From Klebsiella phage JY1: 24,000 nucleotides of DNA. Location: sequence record OP734280.1; one strand, written 5' to 3'. Position 1 is the stretch's first letter, and every line of letters begins with the position of its first letter. The notes below the pieces were generated by a model that worked only from the letters and a program-made list of their open reading frames with translations, had not been told where the DNA came from and ran no database searches. Below are positions 1 through 7,575 of this stretch, piece after piece. Made by a program: the position numbers and the translations under genes.

Positions 1-64
1 TGCCATCAGCTTGAGTAGAAATATAAAGAATGTTTTTGATATCAGATTTTAATGATGTAATCAT
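1..64 (-). CDS. N-terminal fragment of a CDS running off the left edge (MITSLKSDIKNILYISTQADG...)
   Basis: ATG (minus) at 62-64, open to the window edge, with a promoter-like element at 97-126 just upstream. Confidence 0.55.
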   Translation of the reverse strand, partial: MITSLKSDIKNILYISTQADG

Positions 65-96
65 TTTGTTTTACTCCGTGTTGTTTTGATATGGCT

Positions 97-126
97 ATAA
101 TACCACAGCCGTGTAAGCATGTAAAC
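97..126 (-). promoter_or_regulatory. T4-like early promoter (GTTTAC-N18-TATTAT, extended TGG -10)
   Basis: Minus strand reads GTTTAC ATGCTTACACGGCTGTGG TATTAT; same architecture as several other intergenic sites here. Confidence 0.75.
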
Positions 127-192
127 AACTTTGTGAAAATAATTTGGGGCATTCTAAGGAGGGATTTTGGAGGGATATAGATTTATATGGAA

Positions 193-217
193 GAACCTGG
201 AGATGACCTCCAGGTTC
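193..217 (-). terminator. Strong hairpin downstream of the gene 52 operon
   Basis: GAACCTGGAG-N5-CTCCAGGTTC, perfect 10-bp stem just after the 23-aa ORF; weak U-tract (UUCCAUAU). Confidence 0.6.
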
Positions 218-223
218 CCTAGA

Positions 224-295
224 TTAACTGAGGAGTAATAAAACTAGACCTAATACTACAATTATAGAGCCTACAATCAAATAAAATTCTATCAT
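224..295 (-). CDS. 23-aa hydrophobic microprotein MIEFYLIVGSIIVVLGLVLLLLS
   Basis: Start codon overlaps the gene 52 stop (ATGA); a single predicted TM segment fills almost the whole ORF; followed by a hairpin. Confidence 0.55.
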   Translation of the reverse strand: MIEFYLIVGSIIVVLGLVLLLLS

Positions 296-1680
296 AATTC
301 TTCCAGGTCTTTCAGATACTCGGCTTCAGGCGTTGTCTTTTCCCAGTACTTAACCTCTTGTGCTAGACGTTTTGCTTCCTGAGCAAGCTTCTTCGCTTCA
401 TCATCAGTGATGTGATAGATGTTCATTGAAACGAGTTTTTCAGAATGGTCTTTGAATAGTTCATTCTGTTCAATTTCTTTAGTCAACTGCTTACGAGTTT
501 TACCTTGGATAACGATGTTACCTGCGATAACCTCTTTGATAAATTGAGCTTTTGCCTGAGCAAGATTAAACGCCTGCTTAGTTTCAGCGATTTTATGCTC
601 GATTCGTTTGGCAGTGAATGTCTTACGGACTTCTACGAAATGACGAATCAGCTCACCTGAAGTTTTGAACTTATCGTTCAGTTTACCGTTCTCGTCGATG
701 ACTACGATGTACTGACTCATTTTCTCAATGAGTTTAAAATCCTTCATGATTTTAGCATGACGCTGCTCAGGGTCATCGCTCAAAGCATAGTCTTTACGGA
801 ATTTCACCTTAAAGCCAAACCCGGTCTTAGAACAGTCATCATCATATGTGATATATCCTGCATCTTCCAGAGGATCGAGTACTTTCTCTACATAAGAAGC
901 ACGTTCAAACTTATATGGAATTTCGCTGATATAGATCGAGTTCCGTGAAGTTTCTTTATACACGCCGTGCAGCTCAACAGAACCGTCTTCTGTTTGAACG
1001 ATTTTTCCGTTAAATTTAGGAAACTGTACTTCAGGTTCCATCATTTCGCCACGAAGTGCTGCTTTAGTGCATTCCAAAACAGATTCAAAACTATGCGGAA
1101 GAATAGAAGTTGAATAACCTGTTGCAATACCACGAACACCATTCAGAAGAACAGTCGGAATTACCGGAAGATAATAAGCAGGTGGAACATGTTCTTTGTC
1201 TTTATGCACCGGAGCGATTTCTGTGTCTTTGTAGATTTTACGGAAGTTGTCAGAAATCCGGCAGAAAATATAACGACTTGCCGCAGCAGATTGAACCAAA
1301 CGAGAACCGAAGTTGCCTTGCCCATCTAACAGAGGATAGTTGTTATTCCATGTGTTTGCCATCAATGCACCAGCATCTTGAGCAGAGGTTTCGCCATGAT
1401 GATATCCTAAATCAGCTACACCACCGGCGACAGACGCAAGCTTATGGAATTTTTCTTTATTACCGCGAGCTAAATCAAGAGCCCGAGCAATAACAAACCG
1501 TTGTACAGGTTTAAACCCATCAATTAAGTTCGGAATAGCGCGGTTTTCTACAGTGTAAATCGCATACTCTTTTGCTTCATTATCAATGATAGATTTCAAA
1601 TCGCGATGACGAAGATTTGACGCCTTAGCCAAATCATCAATAGAACCTGCTTGTTTTAATAGAGTGTCAAAAATATCCAT
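292..1680 (-). CDS. 52: Type II DNA topoisomerase medium subunit (gp52-like, GyrA/ParC-type)
   Basis: 462-aa ORF with topoisomerase A features (QRFVIARALDLARG, NTYPLLDGQGNFGSR-like NNNYPLLDGQGNFGSR, AASRYIFCRI, NGVRGIATGYSTSILPH). Confidence 0.95.
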   Translation of the reverse strand: MDIFDTLLKQAGSIDDLAKASNLRHRDLKSIIDNEAKEYAIYTVENRAIPNLIDGFKPVQRFVIARALDLARGNKEKFHKLASVAGGVADLGYHHGETSAQDAGALMANTWNNNYPLLDGQGNFGSRLVQSAAASRYIFCRISDNFRKIYKDTEIAPVHKDKEHVPPAYYLPVIPTVLLNGVRGIATGYSTSILPHSFESVLECTKAALRGEMMEPEVQFPKFNGKIVQTEDGSVELHGVYKETSRNSIYISEIPYKFERASYVEKVLDPLEDAGYITYDDDCSKTGFGFKVKFRKDYALSDDPEQRHAKIMKDFKLIEKMSQYIVVIDENGKLNDKFKTSGELIRHFVEVRKTFTAKRIEHKIAETKQAFNLAQAKAQFIKEVIAGNIVIQGKTRKQLTKEIEQNELFKDHSEKLVSMNIYHITDDEAKKLAQEAKRLAQEVKYWEKTTPEAEYLKDLEEL

Positions 1681-1685
1681 TGTAC

Positions 1686-1826
1686 CTACCAGATTAGTGA
1701 GCCGATTTGTACTATAACATCGGAAATGAAAAGCACAATATAAATCATTCCGTAAATCATTCCATAGTACATAACTAATAGAAAGGCGGCAGCAATAGCT
1801 GCCACAATTAGGAGTTTCTTAATCAT
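1686..1826 (-). CDS. 46-aa small membrane protein MIKKLLIVAAIAAAFLLVMYYGMIYGMIYIVLFISDVIVQIGSLIW
   Basis: Start overlaps the stop of the upstream 57-aa ORF (ATGA); hydrophobic; GGAG SD motif upstream. Confidence 0.6.
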   Translation of the reverse strand: MIKKLLIVAAIAAAFLLVMYYGMIYGMIYIVLFISDVIVQIGSLIW

Positions 1827-1996
1827 TTGTAAACTCCTACAATTTTACAAATGCGCTCAAACATAATAAATGCTGCAGTGAACGCAATGCTTCCAATTAC
1901 TTTAGTGGTAGGCACGAGGCCATACCACATGAATGTTCCTGAGCAAATCATTAAGGCCATCAGAAACACATAGCCCATCACGAAGAAGGTTCTCAT
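1823..1996 (-). CDS. 57-aa small membrane protein MRTFFVMGYVFLMALMICSGTFMWYGLVPTTKVIGSIAFTAAFIMFERICKIVGVYK
   Basis: TAATG overlap with the upstream 151-aa ORF; two hydrophobic segments. Confidence 0.6.
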   Translation of the reverse strand: MRTFFVMGYVFLMALMICSGTFMWYGLVPTTKVIGSIAFTAAFIMFERICKIVGVYK

Positions 1997-2451
1997 TAGT
2001 ATTTCTGCAAAGTAAAGATGAAGTTATCATTCAGAATACGATTCAGCTCAGAGTAGGTCTGCGCGTCACTTGAATGCTGACGAGTAAACGCCAATGCAAG
2101 CTGACCTTTGCCATAACCAGTAGTGAGTGGTTTCATTTTATTGGCAGGAATCCAGAACACACCGTAGGTCATGCAATTCGAGCGCAGAGTACGACCCAAC
2201 TGAGAACGTCCAGAACGGATATGAGAAAGAACACTTTCAAATCCTGCCTTTGAGCGCTGTTTAGCTACAAAGAAACGAGCAGATGCACCAATATAACCTG
2301 CTTTGCCATCATTGAACATCAAAAAATAAAATCCTTCGCGCTCAGTAATTTCACGAGATGGAGCACCTGCTGCCCAATCACCGTTACGAATAGAACCAAT
2401 CAGTTCTGCGCCAGCGTTATCGAGATCAGCAAAAGTCATAATATTACGCAT
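1996..2451 (-). CDS. Uncharacterised 151-aa protein (start may be MTFADLD)
   Basis: ORF track; embedded in a coupled operon; contains GFYFLMFNDGKAGYIGAS, weakly GIY-YIG-like. Confidence 0.75.
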   Translation of the reverse strand: MRNIMTFADLDNAGAELIGSIRNGDWAAGAPSREITEREGFYFLMFNDGKAGYIGASARFFVAKQRSKAGFESVLSHIRSGRSQLGRTLRSNCMTYGVFWIPANKMKPLTTGYGKGQLALAFTRQHSSDAQTYSELNRILNDNFIFTLQKY

Positions 2452-2489
2452 GTTAATTTCCTCAGTTGATTAAAGTTTATTCTCCGATG

Positions 2490-2505
2490 AGGGGCCGAAG
2501 CCCCT
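2490..2505 (-). terminator. UUCG-tetraloop hairpin
   Basis: Minus strand AGGGGC-TTCG-GCCCCT immediately after the 29-aa ORF; no strong U-run. Confidence 0.55.
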
Positions 2506-2509
2506 TCTA

Positions 2510-2599
2510 CTACCAAAAATATACTACTGCCGTTACACCACCAACCCAAAACACAAGAAGACCTAAAGCAAGCAGACGATACACGATGTGTCGTTTCAT
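2510..2599 (-). CDS. 29-aa membrane microprotein MKRHIVYRLLALGLLVFWVGGVTAVVYFW
   Basis: ATGA overlap with the upstream 2596..2787 ORF; single TM; followed by a UUCG hairpin. Confidence 0.5.
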   Translation of the reverse strand: MKRHIVYRLLALGLLVFWVGGVTAVVYFW

Positions 2600-2787
2600 T
2601 TTTGACCTTCCCATACGGTTTCTACTAAGGATTTAAGGCCATCAGTTTGAATAATATCAATCGCGTTAATGGCAAAATAAATTCCGAATCCGAACACGGC
2701 GACAATTCCAAGCGCTACCGCAACGATAAAGGACAGAACAACAGTTCTCATTAAGTTAAAGCGACGATCAAAACTACTACGAATCAT
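2596..2787 (-). CDS. 63-aa small membrane protein (MIRSSFDRRFNLMRTVVLSFIVAVALGIVAVFGFGIYFAINAI...)
   Basis: The ORF track extends it to 2811, but the ATG at 2787 has a GAGGAAAATATA ribosome-binding context. Confidence 0.7.
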   Translation of the reverse strand: MIRSSFDRRFNLMRTVVLSFIVAVALGIVAVFGFGIYFAINAIDIIQTDGLKSLVETVWEGQK

Positions 2788-2797
2788 TATATTTTCC

Positions 2798-2914
2798 TCA
2801 GATGAAAGCATTAATCCAAACGTTAACTAAATCCCATGCGAAAACACCAATGAAAGTAACGATAAGGCAGAATACTACAAAGGTGTTCTTCAAAATCGTA
2901 AGTAACTTTTTCAT
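2798..2914 (-). CDS. 38-aa small membrane protein MKKLLTILKNTFVVFCLIVTFIGVFAWDLVNVWINAFI
   Basis: ATG preceded by GGAGAACAAA; hydrophobic core; promoter at 2943-2972 upstream. Confidence 0.6.
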   Translation of the reverse strand: MKKLLTILKNTFVVFCLIVTFIGVFAWDLVNVWINAFI

Positions 2915-2942
2915 TTTGTTCTCCAGTTTAGCTAACAGGATT

Positions 2943-2972
2943 ATAGTATCACCGAAGAACAAGAAAGTAAAC
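2943..2972 (-). promoter_or_regulatory. T4-like early promoter
   Basis: GTTTAC TTTCTTGTTCTTCGGTGA TACTAT (18-nt spacer, TGA extended -10). Confidence 0.75.
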
Positions 2973-2974
2973 CA

Positions 2975-3214
2975 TTAAATGCACAAGTTACGAATTTTTT
3001 CTTCTAAAGCTTTAACTTTATCTATGTGCTCATCGCGAGCTGCAGCGGCTCCATTGGGATACAATCCGCCGTAAGTTGAATCGCCATTATCGCAAGCAAT
3101 GATAGCATAATGCCAATTCATAGATTCGAGAATCCTATACTCTTTCAAAAGTTCAGCTTTAATAGAAGCATTTCCGCGTTTAGCTCGAAGTGATTTTAGC
3201 TCTAAGTAACTCAT
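2975..3214 (-). CDS. Hypothetical 79-aa protein
   Basis: ORF track; preceded by early promoter 3243-3272; GAGT/GGGAG-like SD region before the ATG. Confidence 0.7.
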   Translation of the reverse strand: MSYLELKSLRAKRGNASIKAELLKEYRILESMNWHYAIIACDNGDSTYGGLYPNGAAAARDEHIDKVKALEEKIRNLCI

Positions 3215-3242
3215 GTTTTACTCCCGTTCAGTTTGTAAGGCC

Positions 3243-3272
3243 ATAGTATCATGGCCAATCCCGGAAGTAAAC
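3243..3272 (-). promoter_or_regulatory. T4-like early promoter with -10 in an inverted repeat
   Basis: GTTTAC TTCCGGGATTGGCCATGA TACTAT; GGCCAT/ATGGCC arms at 3239-3256. Confidence 0.75.
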
Positions 3273-3278
3273 AACTTT

Positions 3279-3863
3279 TTAAAATTTGTGCATGATATAC
3301 CCGCCAGCTCCAACTCGTGAAGGTTTTACTACTTCCATGAGGTGATCGATACCGCCGGCAAACATTGGTGTGTACCGTATGACATTCTGGGACACTTCTT
3401 CTGCAACGAATATAATTATACAGTCTGCGACTTTATGTTTAAACATGGGCCCTAGATTTATTCCACTTCCATCTGGGAATGGACCGTCTTTACCAGTTGT
3501 AACATTAATCCATGGCTTATGATTTGCTCGGTCATGAACAAAGTGTGTTTTAACTTCAACTCTAACACCTTGGTAGTGTGGATGAGCTAATACGTCCCAT
3601 GCCCATTCGTATGGATCGTTGTTATTATGGTCAACAACTTGATCGTTCACGTATCCATCGAGAAAATCTGCTACCACATACTCTGCCGGTATAGCAATTC
3701 TGCATCGTTTAAGAACGTCAATTCTATCTTGAGATGGATCGATATCTAAGCTATATCTGGCAGTATCAATGATTTTTACTTTTGCTTCACCCCTCAGTTT
3801 ATTCAAATCTAGGGTAAATGTCCGGAGTTGGTTCAATCTCTGCAGGGCTTTGTTCATCAATGC
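3279..3863 (-). CDS. Putative restriction-fold (PD-(D/E)XK-like) nuclease, 194 aa; syntenic to the T4 denB neighbourhood
   Basis: The track ORF extends to 3950, but the ATG at 3863 (MALMNKALQRL) has an AGAGGAATTT SD. Contains ...DPYEWAWDVLAHPHYQGVRVEVKTHF, a D...EVK core; gene lies beside rIIB. Confidence 0.6.
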   Translation of the reverse strand, partial: ALMNKALQRLNQLRTFTLDLNKLRGEAKVKIIDTARYSLDIDPSQDRIDVLKRCRIAIPAEYVVADFLDGYVNDQVVDHNNNDPYEWAWDVLAHPHYQGVRVEVKTHFVHDRANHKPWINVTTGKDGPFPDGSGINLGPMFKHKVADCIIIFVAEEVSQNVIRYTPMFAGGIDHLMEVVKPSRVGAGGYIMHKF

Positions 3864-4095
3864 CATAAATTCCTCTGATATGTAATTCACCAAAATAAAC
3901 ACGATCGTCGTGGTTACATGTGTCTGGTTCCACAACAAAGTCATCACCAAGTTCTACGAGTTCATCACAGTGCAACCAAGCATAGTGAACATCACCTTCA
4001 TGTTTAACTACATGATGGCAAAACACTGTAGCAGCATGATGAGTACCACGAAGATTAACAACTTTAGAATGAGATACGTTAAATGGATTAATCAT
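3799..4095 (-). CDS. Hypothetical 98-aa His/Cys-rich protein
   Basis: ATG preceded by GGGTGAAAC; THHAATVFCHHVVKHEGDVHYAWLHCDELVELGDDF; overlaps the downstream ORF start by 65 nt. Confidence 0.6.
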   Translation of the reverse strand: MINPFNVSHSKVVNLRGTHHAATVFCHHVVKHEGDVHYAWLHCDELVELGDDFVVEPDTCNHDDRVYFGELHIRGIYGIDEQSPAEIEPTPDIYPRFE

Positions 4096-4114
4096 GTTTC
4101 ACCCATAATAAAAG

Positions 4115-4132
4115 AGGAGCCCGAAGGCTCCT
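4115..4132 (-). terminator. Intrinsic terminator after rIIB
   Basis: AGGAGCC-TTCG-GGCTCCT followed by CTTTTATTAT on the minus strand. Confidence 0.85.
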
Positions 4133-4137
4133 TATAA

Positions 4138-5049
4138 TTAGCGAAGTTCTGAACCCCACCGGTCAGTTACATCTTCTAATACTACATAACCGCATGTACG
4201 CATTTTAGCATCGTTGTAATCAACCGGGATAGATACTACATCACGCGGATGAACTTTAACTGAAACAATACGGTCAGAACCACTACCGAAGTGACCGATG
4301 TAAGATTTAGAGCAGACATGCAGACCTGCGGAACAAGTACGCTGATCGTCTTCATCTACCTGGTTACGCGGCATTGTAACAGTTTTACCAGGAGAGTTAT
4401 CAAACGTGTTTGAAGCACAGTCCATATAAGTGGAACGAACTACTTTCCAACCAATGAAGTGACCGTCATCAGTGATGTCAATATCGTTTGCATTCAGGAA
4501 ATCAAACAGACGATAAACTGCACGACGAGATGGGTTAAGCATCAGGTTTTCCAGGAAAGGCAGATAACGTTTAAAGTCTTCACCATCTTCCATAGCTCGA
4601 ACGATACGCTCAGTCAGACCGGATTTCAGCTCGATATCTTTATAGAATAAAGTACCATCTTCAATTCGGACGTTACCCTGAACGAATTTCTTGATGCCTT
4701 GTTCCAGGTTAATGTGGTCAATAGCACCAGCGATATCACCATCTACAAGTTTCTGCAATGCAGATTTAAATCCAGGATGTTGGCTATCAGCATTATAAGT
4801 AGTACGGCCTTCAGTAATTGAAATGAATTTGGAACTTGCTGCCCATTTAAATTCACGCTCAACTGGAGCTTCTACTTTAGCAGGAACAGCTGCCGCGGCA
4901 GCTCGAGCTTCGCGTTCTTTAAACACACGCCGAATAGTGTCACGGGAAACACCATAATTCTCGGCGAGCTCTTTCTTAGTGTACAGACCGTTTTTGAAGT
5001 TTTTAACGATTGCATCTTTTTGGATTTCAGACAGACAGGTAACAGCCAT
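4138..5049 (-). CDS. rIIB: rIIB-like protein with N-terminal helix-turn-helix
   Basis: 303 aa; LYTKKELAENYGVSRDTIRRVFKE HTH-like N-terminus as in T4 rIIB; located directly after rIIA. Confidence 0.92.
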   Translation of the reverse strand: MAVTCLSEIQKDAIVKNFKNGLYTKKELAENYGVSRDTIRRVFKEREARAAAAAVPAKVEAPVEREFKWAASSKFISITEGRTTYNADSQHPGFKSALQKLVDGDIAGAIDHINLEQGIKKFVQGNVRIEDGTLFYKDIELKSGLTERIVRAMEDGEDFKRYLPFLENLMLNPSRRAVYRLFDFLNANDIDITDDGHFIGWKVVRSTYMDCASNTFDNSPGKTVTMPRNQVDEDDQRTCSAGLHVCSKSYIGHFGSGSDRIVSVKVHPRDVVSIPVDYNDAKMRTCGYVVLEDVTDRWGSELR

Positions 5050-7218
5050 TTATTCACCTTTATTTTCAGAATTTTGAGTAGAAGCTCCGTCAAGGAGCTC
5101 CATGATTTTTACGATATCATCGACGAGTTTGCTGTCAGTCCGCCAAGTATCCAAGACACTTGCGATGACAGGATAATCATCTTTAAACTGTTCAATCTTT
5201 TTATAGAAGATTGTCTCAGCATCACCAGACAGTTTATTATAAATTTTATTACATAAAGCTAAATCATCGTTTTCATCTTTGATTTTACTGGTACGGCAAA
5301 CCTTAGCGATTTTGTTTAATTTTGTCAGGAACGGATTTTTCATTCCAGACGCAGTAAACTTACTCGACAAGAAATTCAATTTATCGTAATGCGCAATATT
5401 TCCACAGATACGGTTTCCAGTAGCATTTGACGGCATGTACTGGTCGTAGTCTACCTTATCAATACACTTGATGTATTGGTCAATAATAAGTCGGTCAAAT
5501 GAAAGCAATCCATCAGCTTTTGCTGCGGCTTTCATAGCACCCGGACGAATTGCATAGAATTTCTTAATTCCACACGCTTCTGCCAGAGACCGCATGCTCG
5601 CGATGTTCATATTCCACCACCAAACATTATCTGGGAAAGTGTGGATTTCATCACGATTACGACCGATTGCATAACCTTCAAGCTCAGCAATTTCAGATGA
5701 TACTAAAGTCTGACGGTCTTCTTCCCAGTACCCGTCTTTATCAATCCAATGCAGAGAAACATTAGGAGATTTTGGACGTTTCTCTTTTGGACCAGTGTCA
5801 TAATCAGGAAGAGCTTTTCTCTGAGCTTCAAGTTCAGACACACGGAATACTACAACTTCATCAGTATCCATGATTTTCTTCAGCTCATCAATGACATGCA
5901 ATTCATCTTCATTGTCTTTGATTACAGTAATGTGTGCCCAGATTGGAACTAATCCAGATTTACACAGAGCACGAACCGTAGCAATACGCTTACCCGCTTT
6001 ATCATCAATAAGAACAAACGCTTTAGTTCTATCAACCCCGCAAATATCAGAAATGTTTACTTGATTATGGCGGTGCCATGAGCTGTTTGATACTTTACGA
6101 CGAGCAGGCTCATCACATGAAACATAAACCGACACTTCGTTATCAACATAATATGAACGAATTTTATCGAGATTGTACTTCGCAACTACTTGTTTAATAT
6201 CGCGGTTCCCAATGGTAATACCACGGCTCTGAAGAATAGAGCGTTCCTTAGAACTCAGCTTATTGAACTCGCGCAGGAATTCACGATCAGATTCATACGC
6301 TTCAAACGCTTTAATATCTGCAGTAATTACCTCTTCTTCAAGAGCATTCACACGCTTCTGGATATTGGCAATTGTTTCTTCATCAAGAGAAAGCTCTTCA
6401 CGAGATGGAGTAATGTCTAATTCGCCAAGAGGGAAATGAACATAAACCTTACCATAGCGATTAAGCAACCAATCTGCCTTAACATCTACACCGCTGATCG
6501 GATATACGATTTTTCCATAAACTGCGTACAGACCATAGCTTTCATACGAACTATTAACGCTGAACCAGTCAGTCTTATCTACAGGGAAATATTCAATTTC
6601 ACGGCGAAGAGAATCTACCTTTGGAGGTACAGCACCAAAGGTACGCAAAATATATGCGATTTCATAATGCCAAGTATCAATATCTTCTACTTTAACCGGA
6701 ACTGTAATTTCAAGACCAGTTTCTTCGTCTTCTTTCATATCATCGACAAACATTGGACGAATAGTAGGTTCACCTCGGTTTTTCATGACAGTATAACCGG
6801 TGGCTTTACCATTATGATATGATACTACGTTAAATGTACTCGTGTAGCTCAGTGGAGATTTAGAACCAAGACCAAGAGCACCGATGAAATCATTACTGTT
6901 ATTCTTTGTGGATTCAAAGAACGTTTTGTACATCGTCATCATGTCATTATGATTAAGACCTGGACCATAATCACGAATTACAAATCGTGGGTCAAGACGA
7001 GTAGGAGCCTTGATATAAAATGGACGATTTTCATTACCGTTCAGTTTATGAGCATCATCACAGTTAGTAGAAAGTTCACGAACAACAGCACGAACTTTAT
7101 ACTTATAGAGTTTGTTTGACAAGATGTCAAAAGCTTTACCCGAGGCCTTAATAGTAAACGTTGAATCATCAGCGTCAGAAGAACCAATGATTACTTCATC
7201 ATCACATTTAATTTTCAT
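5050..7218 (-). CDS. rIIA: rIIA-like protein (GHKL-type ATPase N-terminus)
   Basis: 722 aa; VVRELSTNCDDAHKLNG, DYGPGLNHNDM, GALGLGSKSPLSYTSTFNV; rIIA-rIIB adjacency. Confidence 0.94.
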   Translation of the reverse strand: MKIKCDDEVIIGSSDADDSTFTIKASGKAFDILSNKLYKYKVRAVVRELSTNCDDAHKLNGNENRPFYIKAPTRLDPRFVIRDYGPGLNHNDMMTMYKTFFESTKNNSNDFIGALGLGSKSPLSYTSTFNVVSYHNGKATGYTVMKNRGEPTIRPMFVDDMKEDEETGLEITVPVKVEDIDTWHYEIAYILRTFGAVPPKVDSLRREIEYFPVDKTDWFSVNSSYESYGLYAVYGKIVYPISGVDVKADWLLNRYGKVYVHFPLGELDITPSREELSLDEETIANIQKRVNALEEEVITADIKAFEAYESDREFLREFNKLSSKERSILQSRGITIGNRDIKQVVAKYNLDKIRSYYVDNEVSVYVSCDEPARRKVSNSSWHRHNQVNISDICGVDRTKAFVLIDDKAGKRIATVRALCKSGLVPIWAHITVIKDNEDELHVIDELKKIMDTDEVVVFRVSELEAQRKALPDYDTGPKEKRPKSPNVSLHWIDKDGYWEEDRQTLVSSEIAELEGYAIGRNRDEIHTFPDNVWWWNMNIASMRSLAEACGIKKFYAIRPGAMKAAAKADGLLSFDRLIIDQYIKCIDKVDYDQYMPSNATGNRICGNIAHYDKLNFLSSKFTASGMKNPFLTKLNKIAKVCRTSKIKDENDDLALCNKIYNKLSGDAETIFYKKIEQFKDDYPVIASVLDTWRTDSKLVDDIVKIMELLDGASTQNSENKGE

Positions 7219-7228
7219 TTTATTCCTA

Positions 7229-7435
7229 TCAATTATGTCGTTTAATGATTTCTGCTACTTCAAGTAACTCTTCAGCAGTAGCGGTGTTAGTTGTAAAAAT
7301 TTTATTATGGATTTCTTTGAAGCGTTCTTTGAATTCCTCAGCTGCTTGGATGTCAAAGAACCGCTGGATGATACGATATTCACGATATATAGCATCGTTG
7401 AATAATTCTTCTGATGGGGTGTAACTACGTTTCAT
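7229..7435 (-). CDS. rIIA.1: rIIA.1-like small protein
   Basis: 68 aa (MKRSYTPSEELFNDAIYREYRIIQRFF...), directly upstream of rIIA as in T4. Confidence 0.7.
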   Translation of the reverse strand: MKRSYTPSEELFNDAIYREYRIIQRFFDIQAAEEFKERFKEIHNKIFTTNTATAEELLEVAEIIKRHN

Positions 7436-7462
7436 AATATTTTCCTCAGTGATTTAGGGGAA

Positions 7463-7489
7463 ATTATATCACTATAACTTTAAGCAAGA
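7463..7489 (-). promoter_or_regulatory. Candidate MotA-type middle promoter for rIIA.1-rIIA-rIIB
   Basis: Minus strand TTGCTTAAAGTTATAGTGATATAAT. Confidence 0.65.
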
Positions 7490-7552
7490 ATCCTAGAATC
7501 ATCTCCAAGCACTTCTTGATTAAAGCCATATAAATCCATTCTTATAAAGAAA

Positions 7553-7572
7553 AAGGGACCCGGAGGTCCCTT
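7553..7572 (-). terminator. Intrinsic terminator downstream of the gene 39 unit
   Basis: AAGGGACC-TCCG-GGTCCCTT followed by TTTC on the minus strand; UNCG tetraloop. Confidence 0.85.
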
Positions 7573-7575
7573 AGA

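Noticed and set aside
1110-1493. 127-aa plus-strand ORF antisense to gene 52
   Set aside because: Shadow ORF; low-complexity His/Gln-rich composition typical of a reversed coding frame.
3864-3950. Extended N-terminus MVMTLLWNQTHVTTTIVFILVNYISEEF of ORF 3279..3950
   Set aside because: Overlaps the 98-aa gene, and the internal ATG at 3863 has the proper SD; the apparent TM segment is probably not translated.
3910-4137. 75-aa plus-strand ORF antisense to the 98-aa ORF
   Set aside because: Ends in the rIIB terminator hairpin and has no SD; the minus-strand ORF has the better context.
6436-6822. 128-aa plus-strand ORF antisense to rIIA
   Set aside because: Antisense to a confidently identified gene with no initiation signals seen.
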